64,000 bases of DNA, taken from Salisapilia sapeloensis CBS 127946. Taxonomy: Eukaryota > Protista > Oomycota. This document shows, one piece after another, positions 1 through 9,683 of this stretch. The stretch lies in NCBI GenBank assembly GCA_023334545.1, contig JAADVB010000047.1, forward strand, positions 29,476 to 93,475. The letters are read 5' to 3'. A model generated the notes under the pieces. The model did not search any database, was not told the origin of the DNA, and saw only the letters and a program-made list of their open reading frames with translations. The first letter of the stretch is position 1; every line of letters begins with the position of its first letter. A program made the position numbers and the translations under genes.

Positions 1-1051
1 TTGTTTCCACGTCCTCCTGTTCGTTGTCGATATAAATGGTTTCTACATCTTCCACTAGTTCCACTTGATCAAGCACTTCATCTGTAATGGGTAGTGACAA
101 TGCTTCTGCTATCAATCGAGTGGATAGACCCGCATCACATAGTGCCTTCTTGATATCATCCACATCAACTCTATTCAGTCTATCTGTATTTCCTGCTGCC
201 ACTTCCGACCGAGGTGTGTTAAAGTCATATATGGATATCAGATCTGTACTAAACCGCTCGCTACTTGGTCGGCCAAGTACTTGAATTCGCTTTAGTAATA
301 CCTAAATGGCCATCCTTTAGTACGATTCTTGCAGCTATCCAATTTATACAAGCACCTGTCGAGGAACATTGTCAATCATAGACATATACACAACTAATTT
401 TATGAATTTGCATCCATGCTCATTCATCTCAATACACCTTTCGTCCGACGAAGGTGTCATTGTTTGGTTACTCTTCCACATTGCAACCTCCCTACGTACA
501 TCCATCGTCATGCACTATTCTTTACATCCTGGAAACTAGCCATTGCAGGTAGATACGAACTACCTCAGCTTACCTACACGCACAGAAGGATGCTCCAAGA
601 AACTGCGAGATACTGTCCAGTCGTCGGGTGTGAACACTCAACTCGCTCGATAGAACAAACAGCGCTTGGACTGCACGTTTCTGTCTTTATTAATCGATTC
701 CCTAGACTATCAAACAAGTTGATAGTACCTTGAGAAGGTCGTCGACTACCATCCGCGACTAGCCGTAAGCATCGAACTTGATACAGCTCGGGTGTAAGTA
801 CTTCGATTCCGACTTCTTGCGGATAAGACTTGGTCCTACCTCCACGATTACCACATAAGAAGGAGTCAAGATACCCAGAGTACAAACCGATCGGAAGCCC
901 AAGTAACACTAAAGTCATCTTCATCCTCCACATTTGTCGACAGCAAATGACAAGACACATCTTTCCATTGACTTCCTCTTCCAAACTCCAATCCATTGAC
1001 ATCAATTAAACGAATCGGAAGCGACTGCAAGTCGTCTTGCTCCTCCATCAT
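1..1051 (-). CDS. Hypothetical multi-exon protein, partial (runs off the window start)
   Basis: Probable first exon 866-1051 (MMEEQDDLQSLPIRL...VLW, then a GTATCT donor). A stop-free minus-strand frame runs from about 300 to the window edge (VLLKRIQVLGRPSSERFSTDLISIYDF...EQEDVET) after an AG acceptor. I could not resolve the internal exon phases or recognise a family. Confidence 0.35.
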
Positions 1052-1148
1052 GACGATAACAAATACTCAGTTTGAAACGGATACAGGTATCTCCATTCTG
1101 TCGTTTTGTATTTTTCTCATGCTCATTGCTACGCTAGCTACAACCTTC

Positions 1149-2388
1149 CTAGACCTCTGAGGCATTCGTCAGCGTGCTCATGTAAATGTACGCGTCAACA
1201 CCGTGCCCGAGCATCGGCATCAACATCAAATCGCCACCAAAGTACTGTGCATACAATTGAGCGATGCGAAGACCGAAGGAATCGAGGAAGTTAATGCCAC
1301 TCGCGCGTCGTTCAAGAGCGGCAGCCACCGGGTCGTAAGACGATTTGCTGCCAGGTGCAGAAGACGTCTGTCTGTAGGAAAAGAGCGTATTGGCTTGTTC
1401 ACGAGTCATGCCGCCGCCGAGGTCAGAGACACGGATGCAGAATCCTTTCTCTCCTCCTGTCGCCAGGATGGACACTGGCGATAAGGATGATCCGTCATGG
1501 ATACTGTTCAACACAGCGTTTTTCAGCACTTCCGACAGGACCAGCTCCATGTGCTTCGGGATGCAGCGATAGGTCGCTCCCGGCTCACCAGTCACTTGGA
1601 TCTCCGGAAGCGTTCGACCGCTCAAACTAGGTTGCCACAGAGGTGTGACGGTATCCACGACCTGCTGCACGAGCTGCACCGGAGAGCATTCATCGCAGAC
1701 GACACCAGAGTACCCTGGCTGTGGATTCTGAGCAGCCACATGCTGATCCACGAGCGTCCGGACGCCGATGCGAGAGCTGTAGAAGCTATCGAGGCTTTCG
1801 CTGAGCCCTTCTGGTTCATAGTCCAGCGATTGCACGGCCTCCGAGACGTTCGAGTGCATGGTCGCGTGCTCATCACGAATCCGACGATGCATCTTCATGA
1901 ACTCACGCTCGCCTTCCAAGTTCTGAGGAATCGGGAAGCTACCAGCCCAGGATAGAATGAATAAATGCTTCATAATAGAGCTATTTACTACCGTCGTACC
2001 TGATCATTTCGTCAAAGCTCTCGATGAGTTTCTCACGTAGAGAAACGATAGGAGTCATGGATGGTAGATCATCCGGAAGATTTTCCAAGTCGACGATTCG
2101 TCTCGCGAGACGGATCGGTACTTGCTTGTGTAAGTTCTGAGCAGACATGACGATCTGAGGAGCATTCATCTCCTTCCACTACAATGAACAAGCAACTAGA
2201 TGAGTACCCTCGAAGGCTACAAAGGCATTGAAAACGTCTACTTTCTGGAGCTCCTCTGGATGGTCACGAAGATTCTGAGCCACCGCCTTGGACACTCGAG
2301 GACCACTTTGCACGAGCTCACGCAGCGTGATCGGTCGGACCGGGATATGGTGCAGGCGATATACTTCGGCGAGAACCTTGCTAGTCAT
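1149..2388 (-). CDS. PDK: Mitochondrial pyruvate dehydrogenase kinase / BCKD kinase family protein (3 exons)
   Basis: Motifs ITLRELV, VPIRLARRIVDLENLP, SRIGVRTLVDQH, EVLKNA (N-box), IRVSDLGGG (G1) and FGLRIAQLYAQYFGGDL...GHGVDAYIY. Introns read as AAA|GTAGAC...TTGTAG|TGG (63 nt) and AG|GTACGA...TGGTAG|C, joining three ORF-track fragments in frame. Confidence 0.9.
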
Positions 2389-2571
2389 TTCGTTCTATGC
2401 AATGAGGTATGGTCGGTGCCTTCCGGTATTGCGCAAATATAGTGCTGTGAAGAGTTGTACGCCGATCACGCAACATGATGTGCTTCAAGGTAGACATGGA
2501 GCTTTATTCATGTACTTAGAGCTACTATCCTACCATATATGTCTACAAAGTAGTCTTGGAGTCTTGGATCA

Positions 2572-3206
2572 TTAGATAGATGATCGCTTTGCCATTCTCG
2601 AGCGCTAGTACATAATTAGCCAGGAATACTAGTCGAGTAGATTATTATCTAAAGTACCTTGGTTGTCGGTCGTGTCAACACGCGTTCCTCCATTTCCTTC
2701 ATAGTAGCTACGGGAGCATTCGGGTCTTCATCAAGCCAAAACTTTTCCTACTTATGGCATAAGAAAGTGGATGACAAAGTAGATTCCTAGTAAAGTACTT
2801 GATCGATAGCTGTACTACGTCGCAAGTCCTGGTTACTCGGTACGACGAACTTGGCGACAAAGTCTATTCCTTCATTCGCCCATGATGTTGGTGGCGAAGC
2901 AAGTCGGAAATCATGTGAACTCGGTGGTCGGTACGCCGTTCGAATCGCATCATTCGTCCTCGCAGCACTCGTCTTGAGTTCATACGTTCCATCGACACGA
3001 ACGGCAGTCTGAAAGGACTTGGCTTGCATCGTCGGTGGTCGATACGAGTACTTTGGTGCTCGACTAATCGGCCTTCCAACCGTCTCAAAGTGTTCTCGTG
3101 GGAACGTTCGGTCATACCGATGCAAACAGTCTTGCAGTTGAAAAGAGCAAGTAGCATTCGTGAGCTCTCGTCGGATGTACTCAACTTCCGGTACATTCGT
3201 ACTCAT
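2572..3206 (-). CDS. Hypothetical protein (3 exons)
   Basis: ORF 2787-3206 continues through two GTAC...TAG introns into EKFWLDEDPNAPVATMKEMEERVLTRPTTK|RSRMAKRSSI*. No family recognised. Confidence 0.55.
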
Positions 3207-3339
3207 ATCGGTCCAAAGCTAAAATGAAAGACGTAAAGACCATCGGATAAGACTCGAAGAGATATAATATCATTTCTTCTTCCTACCTCTACCTACTTGG
3301 GCAAGTAAGAAAACATGAAACGGACAGCATCTGCGTCCA

Positions 3340-4782
3340 TTAGACATGGCACGTCGTGTGCCAGCGCCATTCATAGTACTGCACGGCATTCGCAAAGTGC
3401 ACTAGAGCTGCGATTAAGACACAGACATGCCAGAGCTGGTGACTGGAAAACCAAACGTCGAATCGTCCGGGGTAAAAGCGTTCTGGGAACTTGGTCGCGT
3501 AGATGATCGCGCCGAGCGTATAGAGCAATCCCATGAGCAGCAACGGTCCGATCATGACAGTCACATGCGGGTCGAACAGCCCAAAGTGCCAGATCAGATG
3601 GGATACAGGGATGACTCCGAAGAAACCAAGGGACAGGAAGATGGCTGTGCGCATGACGAGGAACTTGGGCGTCCCAAACGCCGGCACCATCGTCACACCG
3701 AACGTGATACCAGCTAGAGCTGTGATCGCCGCTAGATAGAAGCGCAGCATCCACGGGTGGCAGTAGAACGAGTAGTAGATGACAGGGTAGAAGGATCCGG
3801 CGATCATGATGGTGATGCCGCCAAAGTCGAGTCGAGAGAGAATAGCGTAGGCTGATCGACTGTGGACGAAGAGGAGGTGGTAGATAGCACTAAACGTAAG
3901 ACAAATGGCAGCGCTACCCATGAACACAAAGATCGGCCAGTGCGGCACGTCGTGCGAGTCGACCGTCGACATGATGTGCAGACCGTTGCGGACGCTGCCG
4001 GCCAGGCCGTGCAGCTCTTCCAGCGCGTACTGCACCGTCAAGTCGGCACCAACGTTGCTTGCTATCGTCTGCAAGAAGGACGAAAAGCTCTCGACGTGGT
4101 GGCTCAGACGTTCCTTGACACTACGCAGCTGCGCATTGTCCGTGGCATTGCCGAGACGGTGCTGGAGGACGCTCAGCTCATCTCGCATGAGCTGCAGCTG
4201 CGTGCTAGCCGCGTATGACAGACCATCCGCCTGCTCCTCTAGGATACCATGCAGACGCTCGACGCTCGGCATTTGGTGCAGACTGTGCTCAAAGATGGCG
4301 GACGCGACCTCGTAGTAGTAGCGTTTGCGGTCCTCTGGCACCTCGACAGCTTGCTTTACTGGACAATAGTCCGGTAGTGAGCTCTCGAACGCCATGCGTG
4401 GCGTATGCAATCCCTTGTGCAGGTACAGTCCGTCGTCATGACACCACGCCGGCGACGGACCAGCGTCCGACGAGCTCGCGATGAGTGAACTACCGAACGC
4501 TAGGTAGAGCATGAGCGAGACAAAGATCAAGGAGCCGACCATGTGCGTCCAGACATTGAGCGTCTCGTTATGCAGCTCAAAGAGCGATCGAAAGCAGTCG
4601 GCGAGACTGTAATTCAGCCGATAGCCAGACCGGATGTACGAATTATCGGCTAGATACGAGAATCCTTCTTGATGCAGCCTTTCAAACGATTGCAACTTGC
4701 GTTCCACTTGGTCTTGTACATTTGGCATGCTTTCATTCACTTCCTCCTCCATCTCTTTCGCCATCTTCCTCGTACGCACCAT
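3340..4782 (-). CDS. PAQR / adiponectin-receptor (haemolysin-III-related) 7TM protein
   Basis: Motifs DNSYIRSGYR, LHNETLNVWTH, SAIYHL, RLDFGGI, KFPERFYPGRFDVWFSSHQLWH. The zinc-binding His residues are present. The ATG at 4782 (MVRTRK) is preferred over the ORF-track start at 4920. Confidence 0.92.
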   Translation of the reverse strand: MVRTRKMAKEMEEEVNESMPNVQDQVERKLQSFERLHQEGFSYLADNSYIRSGYRLNYSLADCFRSLFELHNETLNVWTHMVGSLIFVSLMLYLAFGSSLIASSSDAGPSPAWCHDDGLYLHKGLHTPRMAFESSLPDYCPVKQAVEVPEDRKRYYYEVASAIFEHSLHQMPSVERLHGILEEQADGLSYAASTQLQLMRDELSVLQHRLGNATDNAQLRSVKERLSHHVESFSSFLQTIASNVGADLTVQYALEELHGLAGSVRNGLHIMSTVDSHDVPHWPIFVFMGSAAICLTFSAIYHLLFVHSRSAYAILSRLDFGGITIMIAGSFYPVIYYSFYCHPWMLRFYLAAITALAGITFGVTMVPAFGTPKFLVMRTAIFLSLGFFGVIPVSHLIWHFGLFDPHVTVMIGPLLLMGLLYTLGAIIYATKFPERFYPGRFDVWFSSHQLWHVCVLIAALVHFANAVQYYEWRWHTTCHV

Positions 4783-5109
4783 CTTCGACGAGTGGCTATT
4801 AATGGAATGACGTGAACACTTCCAATTTGTATGTGGTCCACAATCAAAGAAGAGTGTCTTAAGTTTCGACGCTAAATTTTGAATCGAAAAGATGACAGAC
4901 AAGACAGAAATGCTCATCACGAAGAGACATCTCTCCCTTTACGAATAAAATGTTTTCACTTTGATAAGAATTGGCATGAGACACGTACCTAGGATCGAAA
5001 TACCAAAGTGGATCTACAAGAGACACTCTGTACCAAACTGTACCACCACAGAATGCCACGTAAAATCCACGAATTTGTCAATCAAAAATCTTAGAAGAGG
5101 GAGAGAAGG

Positions 5110-6378
5110 ATGGAAGCCACGGAGCCCCTTGCGAGTCTACTAGACCAGCTCACAACACGCCTAGAGCGTGTGGAAGCCCAGATGGGCCTAGCCAACACCC
5201 AGCCAGCTGCCCCTGCCAAAACGGCATCCACGCCAGCTCCGCAGGAGGAAGGAGAGCTGTCTCCGCAGATGGAAGCGTATGACGAGTACGTCTCCCAATG
5301 CCTTCCTCGCTTCCTCGATGCCTGTGCTTCTCTCGGTGATGAAGCTAAGGCGTTGGGAGACGTCACGAAACGTGCTTTCGATGCCCAACGCTCGTACCTC
5401 TTAATGGCGAGCAAATGCAAGAAGCCTGCATCGCCCAACCCGGATCATCTCAAGGCTCTCCAGTCATGCCTCAAAGAGCTCAATGACATGCGAGACAACA
5501 GGAGCGACTTTGCCAATCACCAAAACATGGTGAATGAAGGTGTACAGGCACTCGGGTGGCTGCTAGTCGAGCCTGCACCCAAGCCGTTCATCGAGAGCTA
5601 CCTCGGTGGATCGGACTTTTGGGGCAACAAGATCCGCGTCCAGCACAAGGCGTCGAACCCAGCGCAGATCGAGTTCGTCGAGTCCTTCCGCAACTTGCTT
5701 GTGCAGCTCATGGCGTACGTCAAGGAGCACCACACGACCGGCGTCACGTGGAACCCGAACGGTCAGGACGTCGCATCCTACGCTCCATCCCAGTCGGCTC
5801 CTGCCACCCAACCGGCCAAGAAGACATCTCCCCCTCCTGCACCTGCCAAATCCACCGCAGCGTCCAAGCTCGCTGGTGCCAAGCCGAAGAAAGAGCCGAC
5901 GTGTGAGCAGCGTAATGGCAACTGGAACATTGAGTACCAGTCGAACCTCTCTCAGCCGATGACGCTGTCGGACATTACGCTCAAGCAGCAAGTGTACATT
6001 TTCAATTGCCAGGACGCTGCCATCATCCTAGAAGGTAAGGCGAAGAACATTGTGCTGGATACGTGCAGCAACGTCAAGCTGCTCTTTGACGACGCCGTGT
6101 CCAGTCTTGAGATCGTGAACTGTAAAAAGGTACAAGTGCAATGCAAGGGCACGGTGCCGTCCGTGGCGATCGACAAGACAGATGGCTGTCTCATCTTCTT
6201 AGCATGGGAAGGCCGCACGACGCAATTCGTGACGTCCAAGAGCTCCGAGATGAACGTCATGATGCCGGATGGACCTGGTAGTGAAGAAGTGATCGAACGT
6301 CCTTTGCCAGAGCAATTCGTCCATAAACTCACGGACGCGTTGGACGTGACGTCGGAAGTCTCGGACCTTTACAGCTAA
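5110..6378 (+). CDS. CAP1: Adenylyl cyclase-associated protein (CAP/Srv2)
   Basis: N-terminal RLE motif (LTTRLERVE), helical domain with ALGWLLVEPAP and FWGNKIR, Pro-rich linker, and C-terminal CARP beta-helix (VYIFNCQD, SIAIDKTDGC-type VAIDKTDGC, TSKSSEMNV, PLPEQF). Confidence 0.95.
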   Translation: MEATEPLASLLDQLTTRLERVEAQMGLANTQPAAPAKTASTPAPQEEGELSPQMEAYDEYVSQCLPRFLDACASLGDEAKALGDVTKRAFDAQRSYLLMASKCKKPASPNPDHLKALQSCLKELNDMRDNRSDFANHQNMVNEGVQALGWLLVEPAPKPFIESYLGGSDFWGNKIRVQHKASNPAQIEFVESFRNLLVQLMAYVKEHHTTGVTWNPNGQDVASYAPSQSAPATQPAKKTSPPPAPAKSTAASKLAGAKPKKEPTCEQRNGNWNIEYQSNLSQPMTLSDITLKQQVYIFNCQDAAIILEGKAKNIVLDTCSNVKLLFDDAVSSLEIVNCKKVQVQCKGTVPSVAIDKTDGCLIFLAWEGRTTQFVTSKSSEMNVMMPDGPGSEEVIERPLPEQFVHKLTDALDVTSEVSDLYS

Positions 6379-6419
6379 TTCCATCGTTTGCTAATGAACA
6401 ATCCAAGTGTCTTTTTGCT

Positions 6420-6947
6420 ATGGCCGTTTCACTCGACATGTTCTCGCTTGACCAAGTACAAGCTCTGGATGCAGAGGATAGTATACAGGATAAGCTTCGT
6501 GTCCTACAAGCATCTCTAGACATCAAGGCGTACGATCGGAATGACAAGAGTAGAGCCTTCGTAGACTATTATTTTGGTATATATATCTTCGGGAAAGAAG
6601 AGGCGCAGTTCACGCCTGCACAAGTCCATTTGCTGCTATCCATCGCACACCAAGTCTTTCTCAAAGCTACACAAGGCTCTACGGCGTCAGAAACGTATGC
6701 GCTCTTCGTACAGCTCTTACGAGACAAGTGCTCTGACTTGGATCCTTCCATCGAGATAGCCTTCACACTGCCGCAAGTAGAACTAGTCGTGACGTTCATG
6801 ACGTCTACCTTCTTCCGTCATGTACGTGCGTACCAGTACCTCTTCTCCCATACACGAGAGACATGTATCCATCTCGTGCCGCTGATGATCGAGAAACCTC
6901 TCGTCCCACCTCCTCTCCCTAGCTATAAGACACATGAACAAGAGTAA
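6420..6947 (+). CDS. Flagellar central-pair C1a-32 / CLAMP-family protein (CFAP119-like)
   Basis: 175 aa with FTPAQVHLLLSI and FTLPQVELVVTFMTSTFFRHVRAYQYLF followed by IEKPLVPPPL. This matches my recollection of the C1a-32 family pattern. Confidence 0.65.
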   Translation: MAVSLDMFSLDQVQALDAEDSIQDKLRVLQASLDIKAYDRNDKSRAFVDYYFGIYIFGKEEAQFTPAQVHLLLSIAHQVFLKATQGSTASETYALFVQLLRDKCSDLDPSIEIAFTLPQVELVVTFMTSTFFRHVRAYQYLFSHTRETCIHLVPLMIEKPLVPPPLPSYKTHEQE

Positions 6948-7009
6948 AGGAAGCAAATAAACGCTCTTGTCTTTTTATTTGCAAACTCGTCGTTTTGTGC
7001 ATGTCTGTT

Positions 7010-8245
7010 CTATCGTTGGAAGATCTTGGATATGCTATCGAGGTTCACTTCATGCATGGCCGTGATCGTGCCGTTAAGAATGATAAACGAACCAACAATT
7101 TGAGAAGTACGGATCGTCATGCCTTTCGGGAAGACGAGTGCCAAGACGGTTGCAGTCATGTATCGAGCACTTGGCGGAATGCTCTTCGGAACACGAGACT
7201 TGCTGTACTCGATAAAGTCCTCGATATGGACCTTGTAGCTCTTCTGAGGGTTCATGAGCTTCATCGTCGACAGGTTATGCGGGACGTGGCTAAAGTACCC
7301 AGAGCAGATACCTGCCAAGACACTCGCCGCTGCGTTCTTCATGAACGGACTCATGTCGAGTGGAATACGCTCCTCAAAGTAGTCGGACAATTGGTTCAGA
7401 CCGACACCAAAGATCACTTCACGCAAACAACGAGGCGCAAGACCTCGCATCCAGCGCGTCGTGAGCGACTCTGGGTTCATATGACCAGCGTTATAGGCTT
7501 CCAACAAACTACTGATGGGCGTCATGATAATGCCTGGAGATACAGCTTCGACTAAACGAACGGTCTGAGGGTACGCATAGTCATCCGCGTCGACGTGCTT
7601 TTCCAAGAGGTGACGAAGACCTTTGAAACCGTTAAAGTAGACGACTCGAGTCGGGACTTGGAGAGTCATGTTCGGGAACAATTGGCCCACGGGTTGACCT
7701 GTTAGACGAGCATTGAGCATCGAGTTCATGGCGCTACGGAAGAACGCTTCAAGAGAGGCCGCGACGGACGTCGCAAAGTACGGCGTCGGCTTGGCGTGTT
7801 GCTCCAATAGAGGTGTCTGCAAGAGCCACGCTTGGTGCCGGATCTCCTTGTTCAGACTCACGATGACTTCGCGAGAAGCGTCGCGGTCGGAGATGACCTC
7901 CTCCAGTCCATCCGCAGAGAGTTGGAAGCCCGTCACGGGCGTCGTCGTGGTACACCCGACGCTCGTGGTGTCCCGAGGTAGGATATGGTTGGCCCCGATG
8001 CAAGATCCGCCTGTGGCGACAGCCAAGACGTGCTCCTGGTCATCAATCGTCTTATGGCGCTCGACCCGTCCGGATTCGATCATGACCATTTCGGTCTGTC
8101 GCTGGCCTTCCGTGGCGATGGCATGGCCTCGAGGGAACGCGACGCGGGTGGCCCTGTCACAAATACTTCGGAGCGTCTTCTCCGAGCATTGGGAGAAGAT
8201 GCCACAGCTCGACGCCGTTCGCATACACGCCTCGTGATCGCCCAT
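7010..8245 (-). CDS. cNMP-binding-like domain fused to a divergent mitochondrial-carrier (SLC25-like) domain
   Basis: N-terminal cNMP fold (IFSQCSEKTL...FPRGHAIATEGQRQTEMVMIESGRV). Three carrier-like repeats follow, including RGLAPRCLREVIFGVG and ASVLAGICSGYFSHVPHNL. Confidence 0.7.
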   Translation of the reverse strand: MGDHEACMRTASSCGIFSQCSEKTLRSICDRATRVAFPRGHAIATEGQRQTEMVMIESGRVERHKTIDDQEHVLAVATGGSCIGANHILPRDTTSVGCTTTTPVTGFQLSADGLEEVISDRDASREVIVSLNKEIRHQAWLLQTPLLEQHAKPTPYFATSVAASLEAFFRSAMNSMLNARLTGQPVGQLFPNMTLQVPTRVVYFNGFKGLRHLLEKHVDADDYAYPQTVRLVEAVSPGIIMTPISSLLEAYNAGHMNPESLTTRWMRGLAPRCLREVIFGVGLNQLSDYFEERIPLDMSPFMKNAAASVLAGICSGYFSHVPHNLSTMKLMNPQKSYKVHIEDFIEYSKSRVPKSIPPSARYMTATVLALVFPKGMTIRTSQIVGSFIILNGTITAMHEVNLDSISKIFQR

Positions 8246-8669
8246 TGATTTATCAAGTGTTTGCGCGATTTTATATCTGAGTGGTGCTTCGTCGATCGGT
8301 TTTTACACACAATTTGTATTTGCGTGTCAGCGAATTGAATGATTATTAGGCGTTCTCTTTAACAAATTTGACGGCGAGTAGATGACAAGAGAGACTAGAT
8401 AGCGAACGTCATACGATTCTAGGTGTACTCGAAACAAGTGTCCGACCAGGCGGAAGCGATCGATAGGTGAAACATACATAGGAGATGGATGGACGACGTT
8501 TATGTATCTTTCCAAGGTACTGGTGGAAAAAGCATGTGGCGAGCGTGTATCGGATTCGAAGCGGCGGCGAAACGACGTTAGACGGTGCGAGTGGTACCTT
8601 CGAGAAACCTCGTTGGAGCGACCTCCGACACGATGGGCATCACTCGAGCACGCGAATCTACCATCTAGC

Positions 8670-9593
8670 ATGTTCAGCCGCTCTCTTCTTCGCTCACCGA
8701 TGCGCTCGGCCTTTAAAAATGCTGTGCTAAAGCCCAGTGGGAATCAAGCAGCTGCCTTCTCCAGTGCTCCTGACGTACACTTTCTATACTCCTTCCTACT
8801 CGACAGCAAACCTGAGCCTCTCATGCTTCTTGTCTGCAGATGCATGGCACGACCATTCTGTGCGTCCGCAAGAACGGCAAAGTGGTATGCAATCTAGTTC
8901 TATCCCATCCACTTCATCCCACACTGATTCAACCGATTGCAGTGTGTCATTGGCGACGGCCAAGTGTCGCTCGGAAGCACCGTCGTCAAGCCAAACGCCC
9001 GCAAGGTCCGCCGTATCAACGACGGCATCGTCGCTGGCTTTGCTGGCTCCACCGCGGACGCCTACACACTCATGGAGCGACTGGAAGGCAAGCTCGAGGA
9101 ACACCCTGGACAGCTCACTCGCGCCTGCGTCGAGCTCGCCAAGAACTGGCGTACCGACAAGTACCTCCGTCGACTCGAGGTAAACTATTTCTTCCCCAAT
9201 TACGACCAAATACCACTCTAATTCCCTTCTTTTAGGCCATCCTGATCGTCTCCGACAAGGATAATTCGTACACTTTGACCGGCAACGGCGACGTCGTCGA
9301 GCCTCACGACGGCATCATCGGTACACCCAGTATCCTCCATCTCTATCCCCTCCTCTAATCCTCTTGCACAGGCATCGGATCTGGCGGAACCTATGCACTA
9401 GGTACCTTTCCTTTTTTCTATACAAAAAGCAAGTCTAATCGATGCACTAGCTGCCGCACGAGCCCTCGTGGACATCCCGGAACTCGATGCGGAAGAGATC
9501 GGTCGTCGTGCCATGCGCGTCGCATCGGACATTTGCATCTACACGAACGACAATTACGTCGTCGAGACGATCGAAAGTGACTCGAAGGAATAA
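8670..9593 (+). CDS. hslV: Mitochondrial HslV (ClpQ) ATP-dependent protease subunit, 6 exons
   Basis: Arg/Ser-rich presequence [15 protein letters not shown]. Catalytic N-terminal Thr at HG|TTILCVRK, then [53 protein letters not shown] and ICIYTN. Five GT-AG introns (e.g. 8775-8839, 9402-9450). Confidence 0.95.
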
Positions 9594-9683
9594 ACGCATC
9601 AAAGCAAACATCTTGCCTATGCAAAGAAGTATGGTCGTGTATATTGTTCATGTGCGTACGATAGATCGTACGTCTGGCAATGC

